A stretch of 64,000 nucleotides of DNA. Source: the human T2T-CHM13v2.0 reference genome, Homo sapiens. The stretch lies in NCBI RefSeq assembly GCF_009914755.1, contig NC_060935.1. The stretch is one strand, 5' to 3'. The notes beneath the pieces are model-generated. The model saw only the letters and a list, made by a program, of their open reading frames with translations, was not told the origin of the DNA and searched no databases. Below, piece after piece: positions 1 through 13,678 of the stretch. The first letter of the stretch is position 1. The number at the start of each line of letters is the position of its first letter. The translations under genes and the position numbers were made by a program.

Positions 1-921
1 GGGCTTCCCTGAGGAAGGGGCATTTGGCTGAGACCTGAAGGGTGATAAGACCCTGAAGAGAAGAGTCTTCCCGGTGGAGGGAGCAGCATTTGTGAGGGCA
101 TAAGGTAAAGAGAATGGGGCTGACGGGATAGAACTCACAAATGAAGTGTGCAGAGGCTTGTCTGGATGTGTCCACGGGGGCTGGAAGGGGCTGGATTTTA
201 GAAAAAGTATTAAGATCCCAGCCTTGATCCTCAGGACAGCGTGAGGCCATCAAAAGGTTCGGAAGGAAGTTTGGAGGGCAGAAGGCTGGAGGGAATGCTT
301 CCTTGCCCAGATGAAGCCTGAATGACTCGCAGGGCTGGGGCAAGCTGCCGCCAGTTTTATCCACAAAGCAGCAACCACTTCTGCTAAGATAGTGATGACT
401 CCGAGCCCCTCCAGCTCCCCTGTTCTCCTCAACCCTGGTCTGAGCGCCTGCTTTGTGCGAGTCATTCAGGCTTCATCAAGGCACTATGTTAATGTTAGGT
501 CCTTCTTACAGATCAGCCCACGTAGTCCTCACAGCAGCTGGTTGAGGAGCTATTATCATCATCCCCACTTGGCAGTGGTAGGTAGAGGCTGAGGCTGAGA
601 GAGTTGCCCAGGTTCACTCTACTGGAAGGAGCCAGCTCTGGAATCTGGAATTCAGCCCCAGGCCTCTCTCAGTCCAAGTCCAGTGCGCACTATCTCTTTC
701 ATGGACTGCCTCCCATTCTCAGGATCCTAATGTCTTTATCTAACCCTGCTGGTGGCCAGAAGCCTCTACCTGGTACCCGTCACAACCCAGGTGAGACCAG
801 GCATCTCAGGATGCCTCACCTGACTTCCAGCTGGAATCCAACCTGAGCTGTGCAGTTGGCTCAAAGGGTGGCCAACCAGAGGAGCAGATTTATCCACATT
901 GGCATCAGAAAAACCACTCTA

Positions 922-969
922 GGCCGGGCACAGTGGCTCATGCCTGTAAGGCTCATGCCTTGAGAGGCT
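922..969 (+). mobile_element. Alu 5' stub (first ~28 nt plus a rearranged remnant)
   Basis: GGCCGGGCACAGTGGCTCATGCCTGTAA, then a repeated GGCTCATGCCT and TGAGAGGCT; no Alu body or tail. Confidence 0.8.
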
Positions 970-1379
970 TTCCCTGTTCTCCCAGCTCTCACCCCACCAC
1001 CAGTAATCTGTGCTTAAACGAGCTGTCTTGCCTTTCCACGCAAATGAATTGGAGATGGTGAGGCTCCAGGCAGCAGCAGACGCATCTCAAAGCTGGTTTG
1101 GGGCATAAGAGCTTTCTCTCTATGAGAATAACCTGCTTCGGAGCCTTCTCAAGGATAGGGAGGTTGGTATTTATATAAAGTGAGGTTTTCGAAATGAACA
1201 GAGGTATGAGCTGCCTGGCAGTGTCCTGGAACGAGCCAGTTTGTAAAATAACTACTTTTTTGTTGCTTTGGGGCTAGAATACATTATACCAGAGTAAGAG
1301 ATGGTAACTGACTACATTATTGTATTTATTTCTTAGGAATGAAAACACTATACTATTCCTATTATTGGGGATGCTTTGC

Positions 1380-1480
1380 CTTTTAAAAAAATTATGGTGA
1401 AATATACATAACAGAAAACCTACTGTCTTAGCCATTTTTAAGTGTATGGCTCAGTAGCATTAAGTACTGAATTATTGTGA
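1380..1480 (-). mobile_element. L1MB-like 3' end fragment
   Basis: ATTATGGTGAAATATACATAACAGAAAA...CCATTTTTAAGTGTA...TCAGTAGCATTAAGTAC resembles the L1MB 3' terminus (reverse). Confidence 0.65.
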
Positions 1481-2224
1481 TGATTTGCCTTTTGAAATCC
1501 AGAAAAGAATACCTGGGTGTATTTTGTCCAAGCATGTAATATTGCTTCCTTGACTCCTATTTATAGTTTCTAACATTTGCATGGTTTATTCCAGTTTGTA
1601 TAGTCTATATCACACATCTTGCCTCATTGAACCCACCTGGGGCCTGGGGTGGGCTGGGCAAAGGACCAGAGGAGCTTAGGTGCTGGGTGGTCTTTGTTTC
1701 GAGCATGTTCTAGTGCCATCTAGCGTCTGTGGGACCTTGTGCTGGCCAGGCTAAGGCTGTTGGATTTCCCCTGCTTGGGGCGATGGCTCTGTAAAACCCA
1801 AATAGCTTTAAAAGAGCACCAAGGAGATGTTTGTCTTTTTAAATCAGCTGGGATTTTTTTTTTTTTCCAGCTCTGATCCCTTGGAAACTTACAACTAAAA
1901 TTCATTTCATTAGCAGTCAGAACAGTGTGTCCCTTTGAAGTTCAGACAGGGTGAGATTAATATGAACCCGATATTAAGCTATTAAGCATCAGTTTGCCAA
2001 ACCTATTTATAAAGGAGAGCGGAAGACGGAAAATAAAGGAGGCTGCATTAAGAGGCTCCTTTGCCAAGTCCACTGTCTCTTGTTGGAAAATGTGTCTCAA
2101 TAACCCGTTTTTGTGTGAGAGAAGAGAAAAAGAAAACGTGTGACTGTGTGTGTGTGTACACATGCTTCAATGATGTGTGATTATCTAATAAGAGCAATAA
2201 TGCAGCGTGGCTAAACTTACACAG

Positions 2225-2390
2225 TGTTGACTGTGTGCCCAACACTGTTCTTAGTGCTTTATATTTAAAATTTGTTAAATCACACAACAACCCAGAAGGA
2301 GTAGGTGTCATTATTTCCCCGTTTTATAGATGAGAAAACTGGGGCACACAAAGGTTGGGTGGTTTGTCGAAGGTCACAAAGCCACAGTAA
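2225..2390 (-). mobile_element. MIR
   Basis: CCCGTTTTATAGATGAGAAAACTGGGGCACA...AAGGTCACA MIR core. Confidence 0.75.
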
Positions 2391-2639
2391 ATATTTTGTG
2401 ATAGAGAAATTGTTCAGGACTCAGAAGCACATGGATTTTTAATTCGGGTTTCAGGTGATGTTGCGTTTTTTCTTCCTATCCATACATCACTTTTGAGCGC
2501 CTTACAGTCCCGATAGGAGAGGACCTTACATAGTGCTTGTCAAGTGAATGCAGCGGTTTAAGCCCATGTGGGGTTTTTGGCTTGTTTTAACGCACTCATA
2601 AGTAACGTACTCATGCGGGGCCGTGTATACAGAGGGAAG

Positions 2640-2870
2640 AGCACCACGTTAGTCAGCAGGTTTGAGTTTGGTCCTCAGCTCTGTGGCTTCCCAGCCACGT
2701 GACCCTGGGCAAGTGACTTCCTCTCCCCAGCCTCAGTTCCCCCCTTTTGGGGATAATAGAATGAGTTTTATAGTGTTTTGGGGTTTTTATTTTGAGAGGA
2801 TAAATGAGATACTGATTAAAACAGCCTCTTGTCTAGTGTTTGGCCCATGGTATGTGCTCATTAAATTTTA
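2640..2870 (+). mobile_element. MIR
   Basis: GTGACCCTGGGCAAGTGACTTCCTCTCCCCAGCCTCAGTTCC core. Confidence 0.7.
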
Positions 2871-2993
2871 CCTTTGTTTACCTTTTATCTGGAAACTTAA
2901 ACTTACTTAGCTCTCCTTTTGCATTTTCTGGCATCTCCTGCAGTGATGATTCATCTTCCTTATGGCCTAAGAAGGCCAAGTCCATTTGTCCAT

Positions 2994-3312
<319 letters not shown>

Positions 3313-3320
3313 CAAGTCCG

Positions 3321-3625
3321 TTTTCTTTTTCTTTTCTTTTTTTTTTTTTTTTTTGAGACGGAGTCTTGCTCTGTCACCTAGGCTGTGTCTCAGCTCACTG
3401 CAAGCTCCGCCTCCTGGGTTCACGCCATTCTCCTGCCTCAGCCTCCCGAGTAGCTGGGACCACAGGCGCCTGCCACCACGCCTGGCTAATTTTGTTTTTG
3501 TATTTTTAGTAGAAACAGGGTTTCACCGTGTTAGCCAGGATGGTCTTGATCTCCTGACCTTGTGATCCGCCTGCCTCAGCCTCCCAAAGTGTTGGTATTA
3601 CAGGCATGAGCCACCGCGCCCGGCC
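3321..3625 (-). mobile_element. AluY-like element with a small internal deletion
   Basis: Diagnostic CAAGCTCCGCC, TTCACGCCATTCTCC and GTTAGCCAGGATGGTC; the GAGTGCAGTGG segment is missing. Confidence 0.9.
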
Positions 3626-5417
3626 CATTTTCTACATCGAAGGATAAAATGGTCCAGTTCTGCTTGGGTGTGGGTTCTTAAATGTCTGTTCTAGTTGAAA
3701 GAACTGAAAGCTGAGAAAAATCTGGCTTTGTTCCTTCTTCCCTCTTTCAGATTTCCAAGTATATATATATATAACATGTATGTATACACACACATACACA
3801 CACATGCATGCATAGCAACCCAGATAATTTTGGATCAAGTATAACAGGAATGGAGATAAAATCAGAAGGACATCAGACATTTGGATGGGCAACCAGACAC
3901 TGGGGAAAAAATCTTGTTTGTCTGCAAGTTACCTCCTACAAGGCAAAAATCATAACATCAGCATCTTACGGAAACTGAAAAGGGAGATCCGGAGAAGCTT
4001 CCAGAAAGCAGGGGGATACATTGAAATACATTGTACACTCCTAATGATTGCAATTTTAAGATGTGTAAAGTGTTACTGATAGTCTCCTTAATATGCAGTG
4101 TCTGTTGTCATTAGGTATTAATAAGCACTAATGATATTAATAAGCACTTTTATCAGTTCCTGTAAAAATCGAGATTTCCTGATCTTATTTTTCCTGTCAT
4201 GTCTTAGGCTGCTTAATCATAGATTCTCACTCCATAGGGTCTGCAGCATTTGCATGTCTGAAGGAAGTGGTTTCTTCATCCAGAGCTCTTAAGCTTTGAG
4301 AGGGAATTTTACATATCATCTTAACAGTGGTGTGTGGGAAATGAGATATGGCATTTTTGTTCAAGGGAACTCTTGTAGGCCCCCTTCACATCTCATGGAG
4401 AAGGCAGCAGTGTAGTTTTTGCAAGCCTGAGCCCAGCCTTTCAGCTGAAGGTAGCTGCAGCCACATTGGGCATCTGTTACGGACCTCATTGAGAAATGGA
4501 ATCATTCATTCCCTCTTGGGCTCATTCAGTTGCAGTTATGTTTAACTTGCTTTTGAGAACCTCCCCTCTTGCTGGGAAGTCTGTCTTTTGATCTGCAGCA
4601 GGAAGAATAGCTCAGAATTGGCAAGTTGGTGGTGGGTGCTGCCGGCTCTCTGGGGACCAGGAGGTATCATCTGCCTGGTACCATGAGGGTATTAAAGGGG
4701 GTGAAACACTAATGACTTCTTCCAGCTCCCCTGCCTCTAGGTTTCTCTCCTGGTTACTCTTATGTCCCCAGTTCTCCACTCTCAGCACCCTTCTTTTCTC
4801 CATTTTCCCTGTTTCCCCTCTCTCTTTCCCTCCTCTTCCTCACTGTTGTAGGTGCAGCAAAAGAAGAGTGATGTTTGGTGGATACTTGGGATAACTGAGC
4901 TTCCACCTTCTTTTGACTCAGCCTGGAGATGCAGCCTCTCAACTTTTCTGTATAAATCATTTAAACACACGGTTTAATAAGCACAGAGTTTTGCTGTGGC
5001 TTGTCTCTGGTCTTTCAGATCAAAGCCAGAAGTCCAGGGAAATGTCTGGGAAAAGTCGTGCCTCTGCATTCCAGTTCTGTGCATTTTGATTCTTGAAAGA
5101 TTGATTGCTGGCTTTTTGCCCTTTCCCCATGGCTGGGGTTTGGGAAGATTCTGGAGAGTTGTTATTTCTGGCCCCTAAGCCTTGAGGGGTGGCAACAATT
5201 CTGACCTTGCTTTCCTTCTTCCTGCCTTCTGTTCCCATTCTGAGTCTTCTCATTATCCTGAGTGTTTAAAATGATAAACTCCTTCATGGCATCACCTACC
5301 CATCTCCCAAAACAGTGATTTAAAAAGCATGAAAAACCCCAGGTAAAATGAAGTCAAACAGATTTCTTTGTTTTGGAACTACTACAAGTCTTGGATGCTT
5401 TAGAAATCCGTAAGTGG

Positions 5418-5790
<373 letters not shown>

Positions 5791-6141
5791 TTACATCTCG
5801 TGGATCAACACTACCAACACTCTAGCTCTGAAGGACCTGCTAGCATTATTCCTTCAGGATAAGATATTCCTTCTATATAACCCAGTTCATCTGTGCACAT
5901 GAATCTGTGTACACTGAGTCCTGTGCTCTATGCCGATTGGCCTTCATGAATGTGTGCTGCAGGGGGCATGCTGGCCTATCTCAGAAGGATTAAGTTGAGG
6001 CATAAAAGCCTGAGTGCCCACTGTGCACCAGATGTTTCATATACACTGTCTTAGGTAGACTTCACAACAACCCCACAAGGTAGATCCTGTTTTTCCTATT
6101 TCACAATTGAGGCCAGTGTACAGAGAAGTAAAGTAAGTTAC

Positions 6142-6900
<759 letters not shown>

Positions 6901-7944
6901 TAGATATTAGGAAGAGGTCCATGGAACATAACTCAGCCATGCTAAGCCTCATTTGTCACTGGCCAGCAACCTGAACTGAGGTTGACCAGGAAATGGATTT
7001 GTGATGGGACCATTCTGTCACTGTTTGTGTATGTAAATAAGGGACATCTCTGACACCTGCTGGGGTAGCCAGAACATTTAATATCCTTTGCCTGCCTGAA
7101 CACCTTTTCAGATGTAGGGCTCAATTCACATACCTACAAGTTCAGTTTTTACCCAACCAACTTCTAATGACATAATCTCATGAGTTCATTTTATCTGTAA
7201 CCTCTCATCAGAATTAGCAGATCCTCTGCAATTTGGGAACTCTGGACAAAATCCAGGGGAAAGATTCTGAAGGTGAAGCATTCAAGTCTAGCAGTCCTAA
7301 TGGAAACAGTGTAATAGCAACATGCCACTCATCTGCAGTCAGCCTGGATGACTTAAATTGGTTTCCAGGAGGTTGAAGTTTCATGAGAACAGCTCGGCAC
7401 AGCTAAGCTGGTATTAATAAGCACATTGTGCCCGTGGACAACATTGTAGATCAATACAGTATATGCTCCAAATTCACATGATAGATGAGTACCATTATGA
7501 CCTAATTAGCAAGCCTTATATTTTGAATAGATAAATAGTAATTCCACCACATAATCCTAAACCACTTCTTGAAAAACGCCGTTGCTGCCGCTCTTCCCTG
7601 CTGCAGAGATGAAGGCAGAGTGAGCAGAGGAATGGGTAACCATTTACATATTTATTTGCTTCTGTGATGGGTAACTGTTTTGTCTGTATTCACAGACGTC
7701 TCTAGTTCAGCTGTGCTCATTATTTTTTAACATGAGATAAGAGGAAAGTGTTCAGTTTTTTTAAAAGTCAAACCACATCTTAAGGGTGGAATTTACTGGG
7801 CCATACGTAACTCAGGGGCCCTTTAATCTGTTGCATTTGAGGTGCATCACCCTGAGTGCTTGAAGATCAGGGAGTTGGGTCCAAGGCTGGCAGTGACACC
7901 AGCAGGCTGTCCTCTGCAAGGGAACCATCTATTGCCTTGTGGGC

Positions 7945-8135
7945 AAGAACATGGGCTCTGGATTCAGAGAGATCTGGGTTCAAATCCTGACTCTCACCTT
8001 TCTTAACTTTGTGACCATAACATTTCTGAAAGGCAAGTAAATGGGATTGCTAATAGTACCTACTTCCTTGGGTGGTTGGGAGGATTAAATGAGATAATGT
8101 GTGTCGTGCCTAGCACAGTGCCTGGCACATGATGC
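7945..8135 (+). mobile_element. MIR
   Basis: CTGGGTTCAAATCCTGACTC...GAGGATTAAATGAGATAATG...GCACAGTGCCTGGCACAT. Confidence 0.8.
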
Positions 8136-8884
8136 GGGAATAGATCAGTTAGTTTTTATTGATAGTCTCTTTTATCTTTTGTGCAATAAAGTAGTTTGAC
8201 CAAATCAAAGAGTCCCAAAGTAAGGTCTTGACAAACATATTGGTGGAGGTGGCTCTCAGACTATTTTCAGTATTAATTAGAAGTGCCTGATGTCTTTGCC
8301 TTTGACTGGACTCACTCCAACTTCATAGCAACACCCATTATCTCATGGAGGTCAGAGGCTTGGTTTGGCAGTGACATTTGTTTATGATTAGTAAAAAATG
8401 GGAATCATATTAATTAGTATTTAATAGCTGCATTTTGGTGACAGATTTTGCTACCAAGCTGCCCTTACACATCTTACTTGGAAAATGCCTCTGGTTTAGA
8501 AGATGGCAGTTGTCAGAACATGTGATGCTTGGGGGGTTTGAGGGGTAGGTGGACATTGAAGATTTGTGGTGGTAGAAAGTTTAAGACCCTTGGTCTGGAT
8601 GGTGTTTTCTAGTTAACCTTCTCTGATTCTGTGAGTCCTGCCTGTGCAGAGAGCACAGTAATAGGGTAACATGTAATCCCTATGTAATAGGGAACCTGAC
8701 TGTTTACCTATACACACCTTGCCTACCCTTTCTTCTCCCACCCATTATGCCCTAGCTGGTGGCCTTGGCTTAAGCCAGATAAATGTCCTTATAATCTCAG
8801 GAAAATGCAACTCTCACTTCTACTCCCTGCTATCCCTGTGCTGCCAGCCTGCCTGGAATGCTCTTCTCTCTTTGTGGCCCTACT

Positions 8885-9070
8885 CAGGGTTCCTTTAGCT
8901 TGATACTGCTGGTCTTTTGGACTGGCAAACTCTTTGTTGCATTATAGAATGTTAGCCAGCATCTCTGAGGTCTATCCATTAGATACTAGTAGCACCCTGG
9001 TCCCTAAGTTGTGACAACTAACAATGTCTCTAAGACCTTGCCAAATGTCCCCTGGGAGTGGGGGCAGACC
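8885..9070. mobile_element. MER20-like hAT DNA transposon remnant
   Basis: CAGCATCTCTG...CCATTAGATACTAGTAGCACC...AGTTGTGACAACTAACAATGTCTC...TTGCCAAATGTCCCCTGGG. Confidence 0.75.
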
Positions 9071-10230
9071 CAACTTAACATCCTGCCTTCTCCATGAAGA
9101 CTTCAGTTCCAGTCCGCATAATTCATCCGTCAATTATAGATGATCCCAACTTTGGTCTGTGTGTGTCTTCATTTTGTCTCCCCATTCAGGTCTCACTGTT
9201 AAAGAGTTTGGACCACATTGTAACTTCTCTGTCTCCACAGAGCAGATCCTTGTTTGCTGTATTGATTTTTAACAAGAGCCTCCTGGCTTGCTGTTGGTTG
9301 CCATGAATTGAGCACCTGATGTTTTTCAGTCGCTTCATGTATATTTTCTCTAATTCTTACAACAACCCTCATCTTAACAGGAAAGATATCTGAGGCTCAG
9401 AGCGGGTAAGTAACTTACCCGTAGTCACACAGCTGATGAGTCCAAACCTGTGCGCTTCCCCATAAACCACCAAACCCTGCCAGTTTCGGGAGGGCAGCAA
9501 GAAGGCAGTTGGTGTCTCTGTCTGTCTGTGGCCTGTGTTTAAATTATCTCCAGGAGACGAGGGTGAAGGGATAGCGTGGGAGTGCCCTTTGAGAATGGAT
9601 GTTGGGAAGAACCTAGTATGGAAAGAATAGGGGGCAACCTCTCTTCCCCTGGAAGGCTTGGCAGCAGGAATCCAGCCGAAGTGAATGTGCTGTGGGTTTA
9701 GAGCTGGGCACTGATTGGTTCTTCTGTGGCAGCCCTGAAGGCTGAGTCAAGAATAGGTCAGCCTTACATGCTTGGAGATGCTCTGGAAAATGACATATCT
9801 CTTATTGGGCTAAGCACCATGCTAGGGAAAAGTAAATATTCCTTCTGGCAGCCATGAAAAGAACAGTCAGCAGTGATGAGCAGGACAAGGGAAATGATTT
9901 GTTTTGTCTTGGAAAGCTGTGTTTGTTACCTCTGAATGTGGCATGTTTGTTCTTAACGAAGACTTACCTGGGCAGTTTGCAGAAGGGGAAATCTGGTGAA
10001 CCATGAGCCTATGAGGGGATGTGCACTTCTTCTAGTAGGCAGGGCAAAGTAAACCAAAATGGCAGGACCCTTCTCACACCAGAGAATACCTTGGCCTGTG
10101 TAGAAGAGGATGCGCATACGCTCATTCATATCCTCATTGTTGGTAATGATGAAAAATTAACAAACCATCTAAATGCCTGTCTGTAGGGGATTTGACAAAT
10201 CCTGTGATGGAATACCATGCAGCACATCAA

Positions 10231-10508
<278 letters not shown>

Positions 10509-10777
10509 GTTGTGTACACTTTAAAAGCATATGGAAACCAATATTATTTATTTATCATAGATAGAAATGTGTCTATGAAAGTATTAAAAATAGACTTTCA
10601 GGTTGCAAAACAAACTGAAGAAAATAATTACCTAGGAGCACGAGGGGTGAGCAGGCAATGCAATTGAAGTAGATAAAGCATCCTTCTTTGCCTTATCCGA
10701 AAGGTACTACTAATGTGAAAAATAATTAATGGAAATGTGACAAAATCCTAGCTGGTTTTAATTCTGGGTGCTGTTGA

Positions 10778-10780
<3 letters not shown>

Positions 10781-10817
<37 letters not shown>

Positions 10818-10840
10818 TGGGGGTGTGCGTGTGTGTCTGT
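10781..10840. repeat. (CT)n followed by a GT-rich microsatellite
   Basis: Direct reading. Confidence 0.9.
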
Positions 10841-12779
10841 ATTTTAAAAAATGGTTCCATCCAAAATGGAGATATGCGTGGTACTAGCCCTGCTTCCTGT
10901 ATGGGCTGTCATGGGGATTCGATGGCAGTAATATATGTGAAAATGCTCTGTCAACTAGGAAGCAATGCAAAGGCAGGATAATGTTTATTTAATAAGAATA
11001 ATCACCTATCGAGTTTTTCTTTGGTCCTTGGCTAAGTAGCTTTGTAGCATTTGGAGGCTTGGGAGAGTTTGCAGTGATTTACACTCTCCATACCTTGAAG
11101 TTCATGTTCGTTTGTTTTGTAAAAACTCCCCAGAGCACACAGCAGAGATAAAAGTAAAGAGAAAGCAGGGATCGAATTTTTATGTGCGTCTTGGAAGGCT
11201 GGGGAGGATGTGGAAGCGGATGCATCCCTCCGGGAAAATGGAGACAGCTGCCTGAATGGAAACCCACAGCCCCATCCCTGTCCTGAGGTCTGGGGTTTGA
11301 TCTTGTAGTGCATCTGATCAACTTTAGTACATGCTTACTGGGTCGTTGGTCTAGGCAGTAGCCAGAATAGGAGAATTTGGTGGGGGTGGGAGTAGGGAAT
11401 CAGTCAGTAAAGGGAGACAGGGATGGGTGAAGAAGGGATGTACGCTAACCCATATAGATGAAGGGCATGTTCAAATAAGTAGTTTCTATGGCAACACGTG
11501 GAGTGAGCCAGGTGCCCCCGGCCCGAGCAGACAAGCAGGCTCTGAATGGAGCACTCTCCATTACCTGAAGAGGTAGCTGGCTGGAGCAGCCAGGGTCACA
11601 GGAAGTCAGCAGAATAGTTGGGTGGAAGGCAGGCTAAAACACAGTGCATAGCCTCATCTGCATTTCTGAAGGCAATAAATTCCCATTTAAGCTGCAATAT
11701 CGATCTGCTCTGTGAAATTGCAGTATCAGAGGTTGTTTTCTTTTTTTTCCTTAACCATACAATTGGGACCTTTCCCTGAATCTCAGACAGGATGTGCAGG
11801 CTAACTTGTTCCATTTTCTAAGGAAAAATAAACCACTATTGCTTGCTTCCAGTCGCCTCCCCCTTCTTCACTTTTGGGGAAGCCATCCAGCCATGGCTGG
11901 GGTTTCCGGACAGATGGTGCCCATCCTTAGCAGCCTCTGTGGACTTCCATTTGGGACACTCTGAATGCAGTGACACACTAGAGTCACTCCTTAGTTTCTG
12001 ACCTCTCTGATGGTTTTACTCTGATGAAAGGGTAGACTGCAGTCTCCCTCATTCACACATCCCAGCTGTATTAAGTGAGCTGAAGAAGACATAGACACAA
12101 GAATATCCATGTGCCTGTTTGTTCCTACTCTGTAGTTCTGCTGTGTGTTTGTGATTTGTCATCATATTCCGTTTAGTAGCTGCTGGTGAAATTTTGAGGT
12201 TGAATTCTTACTAGGACAACTGTTCACCTACCAGCCTTAAACCTGGCTCCTCATGAAGTCTGGATGTCCTCAACCTTCAGCACCTCTTAGCCCTTTAGTC
12301 TGAGTGGAAGAGGATTCGGTTACTTGATCCACAGTGCATGCTGAACCCACTGTCTGGTTCCCGCCCCCGCCTCCTGCACTTAGTCTTAAGCACAAACGTC
12401 TAAAAGAAGCCAGGTGGGAGGGGCAGTGGTGCAGCCGGTGCAGCCGGTGAAGTGAGACTCACACTCATTGGAGGGCACGTGCCACACCAAAGGGAAGCCC
12501 CCAACCCAGCTGCAGCCAGGCATTTTCAAGCAGGAGGGCGCTTTCTGCATTACTACCTCTTCCAGGTTATCTAAAGGAGCCAGAGGTTGGAATTTCTGTG
12601 TGAAAGCTCTTGATTTTTAAATATTGAAGGAAAAAACAATTGGAAATCTGAAAGCACTGTGCAGTCACGCAAAAATCCAGCTCCCAGGCTCATGGAACCC
12701 AGGGGAAAAGAGGCAAACCACCCCAATGGGATTTAGGTACATTTGAAAAAGGAGCCAAATTGGTGAACCTTTTCATTAA

Positions 12780-12975
12780 TATACATAACAAACATTGATT
12801 AAACACGTACTATGTGGTAGGCACTATGCTAAGTGCTTAACATTGCAGATGCATATTCACCAGTGAGGCGGGTGGGGTTAACTTCACTTTACAGATGAGG
12901 ACATTGAGTCTCAGTCTGGGAAAGCATTTTGCCTGGGGTCACCTAGGAGTGATCAGAACCAGCATCTGAACCCAA
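12780..12975 (-). mobile_element. MIR
   Basis: GTACTATGTGGTAGGCACTATGCTAAG...TTTACAGATGAGGACATTGAG. Confidence 0.7.
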
Positions 12976-13678
12976 TTCTCTCTGTGAGCCTGTGAACCTG
13001 TTCCCCAGGCACAACGCGCTGTCTCCGGCAGCCTTGTTTCCCCTGCTTAAAAGTCACAAAGAACTCCCTGGCCAGAAAGGAAACCCAAGGCCTGGCATCC
13101 TCTACCTCTTTCCCGTGGTGGCCTTGAATGAGAAACCAGAAGAAGCTGGCACATCAGGTGAATGTGGCTTTGACCACTCTCTTTCTCCACGGTTCAGGGC
13201 GGACCTTCTTCCAAAAATAGACTTGCCAAAAGTCTTGGCTGTTGTTAGCTCAGAAATAACCTCATTGGGCAGGAGGATCCTGTACCTGGAAATTATGTAT
13301 TTTCCCACTTCCTGTTTGAGCCCAGGGAGAATGCCACAGGAAAAAGAGAAACAGGTATGGAGACTGTGTGTTCCAGCCTTCCTAAGTGTATTAGTTGGCT
13401 GTGGCTGCTAACAAAATACCACAGACTGGATGGCTTAAATAACGGAAATGCATCTGCTCACTGTTCTGGAGGCCGGAAGTCCAAGCACAAGGTGTCAGCA
13501 GGTCTGGTTTCTCCCAGCACCCCTTTTTTTTGGCTTGTAGATGGCATCTCCTTGCTATGTCTTCACATTAGATTAGAGCCCACCCTACAAACAAAACAAA
13601 ACAAAAACCTCATTTTAGCTTAATCACTTCTTGAAAGACCTTGCCTCCAAATGCAGTCGCATTCTAAAGTGTTGGAGG

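Noticed and set aside
12350-12560. GC-box (CCGCCCCCGCC), 9-bp duplication TGCAGCCGG and a CTCF-like CAGGAGGGCGCT as a promoter
   Set aside because: Too short and CpG-poor for an island, and the CTCF match is weak; cannot be supported from sequence alone.
12992-13411. 139-aa ORF in mostly unique DNA
   Set aside because: Non-ATG start, no domain or codon-like signal, and ends inside an MLT1 LTR.
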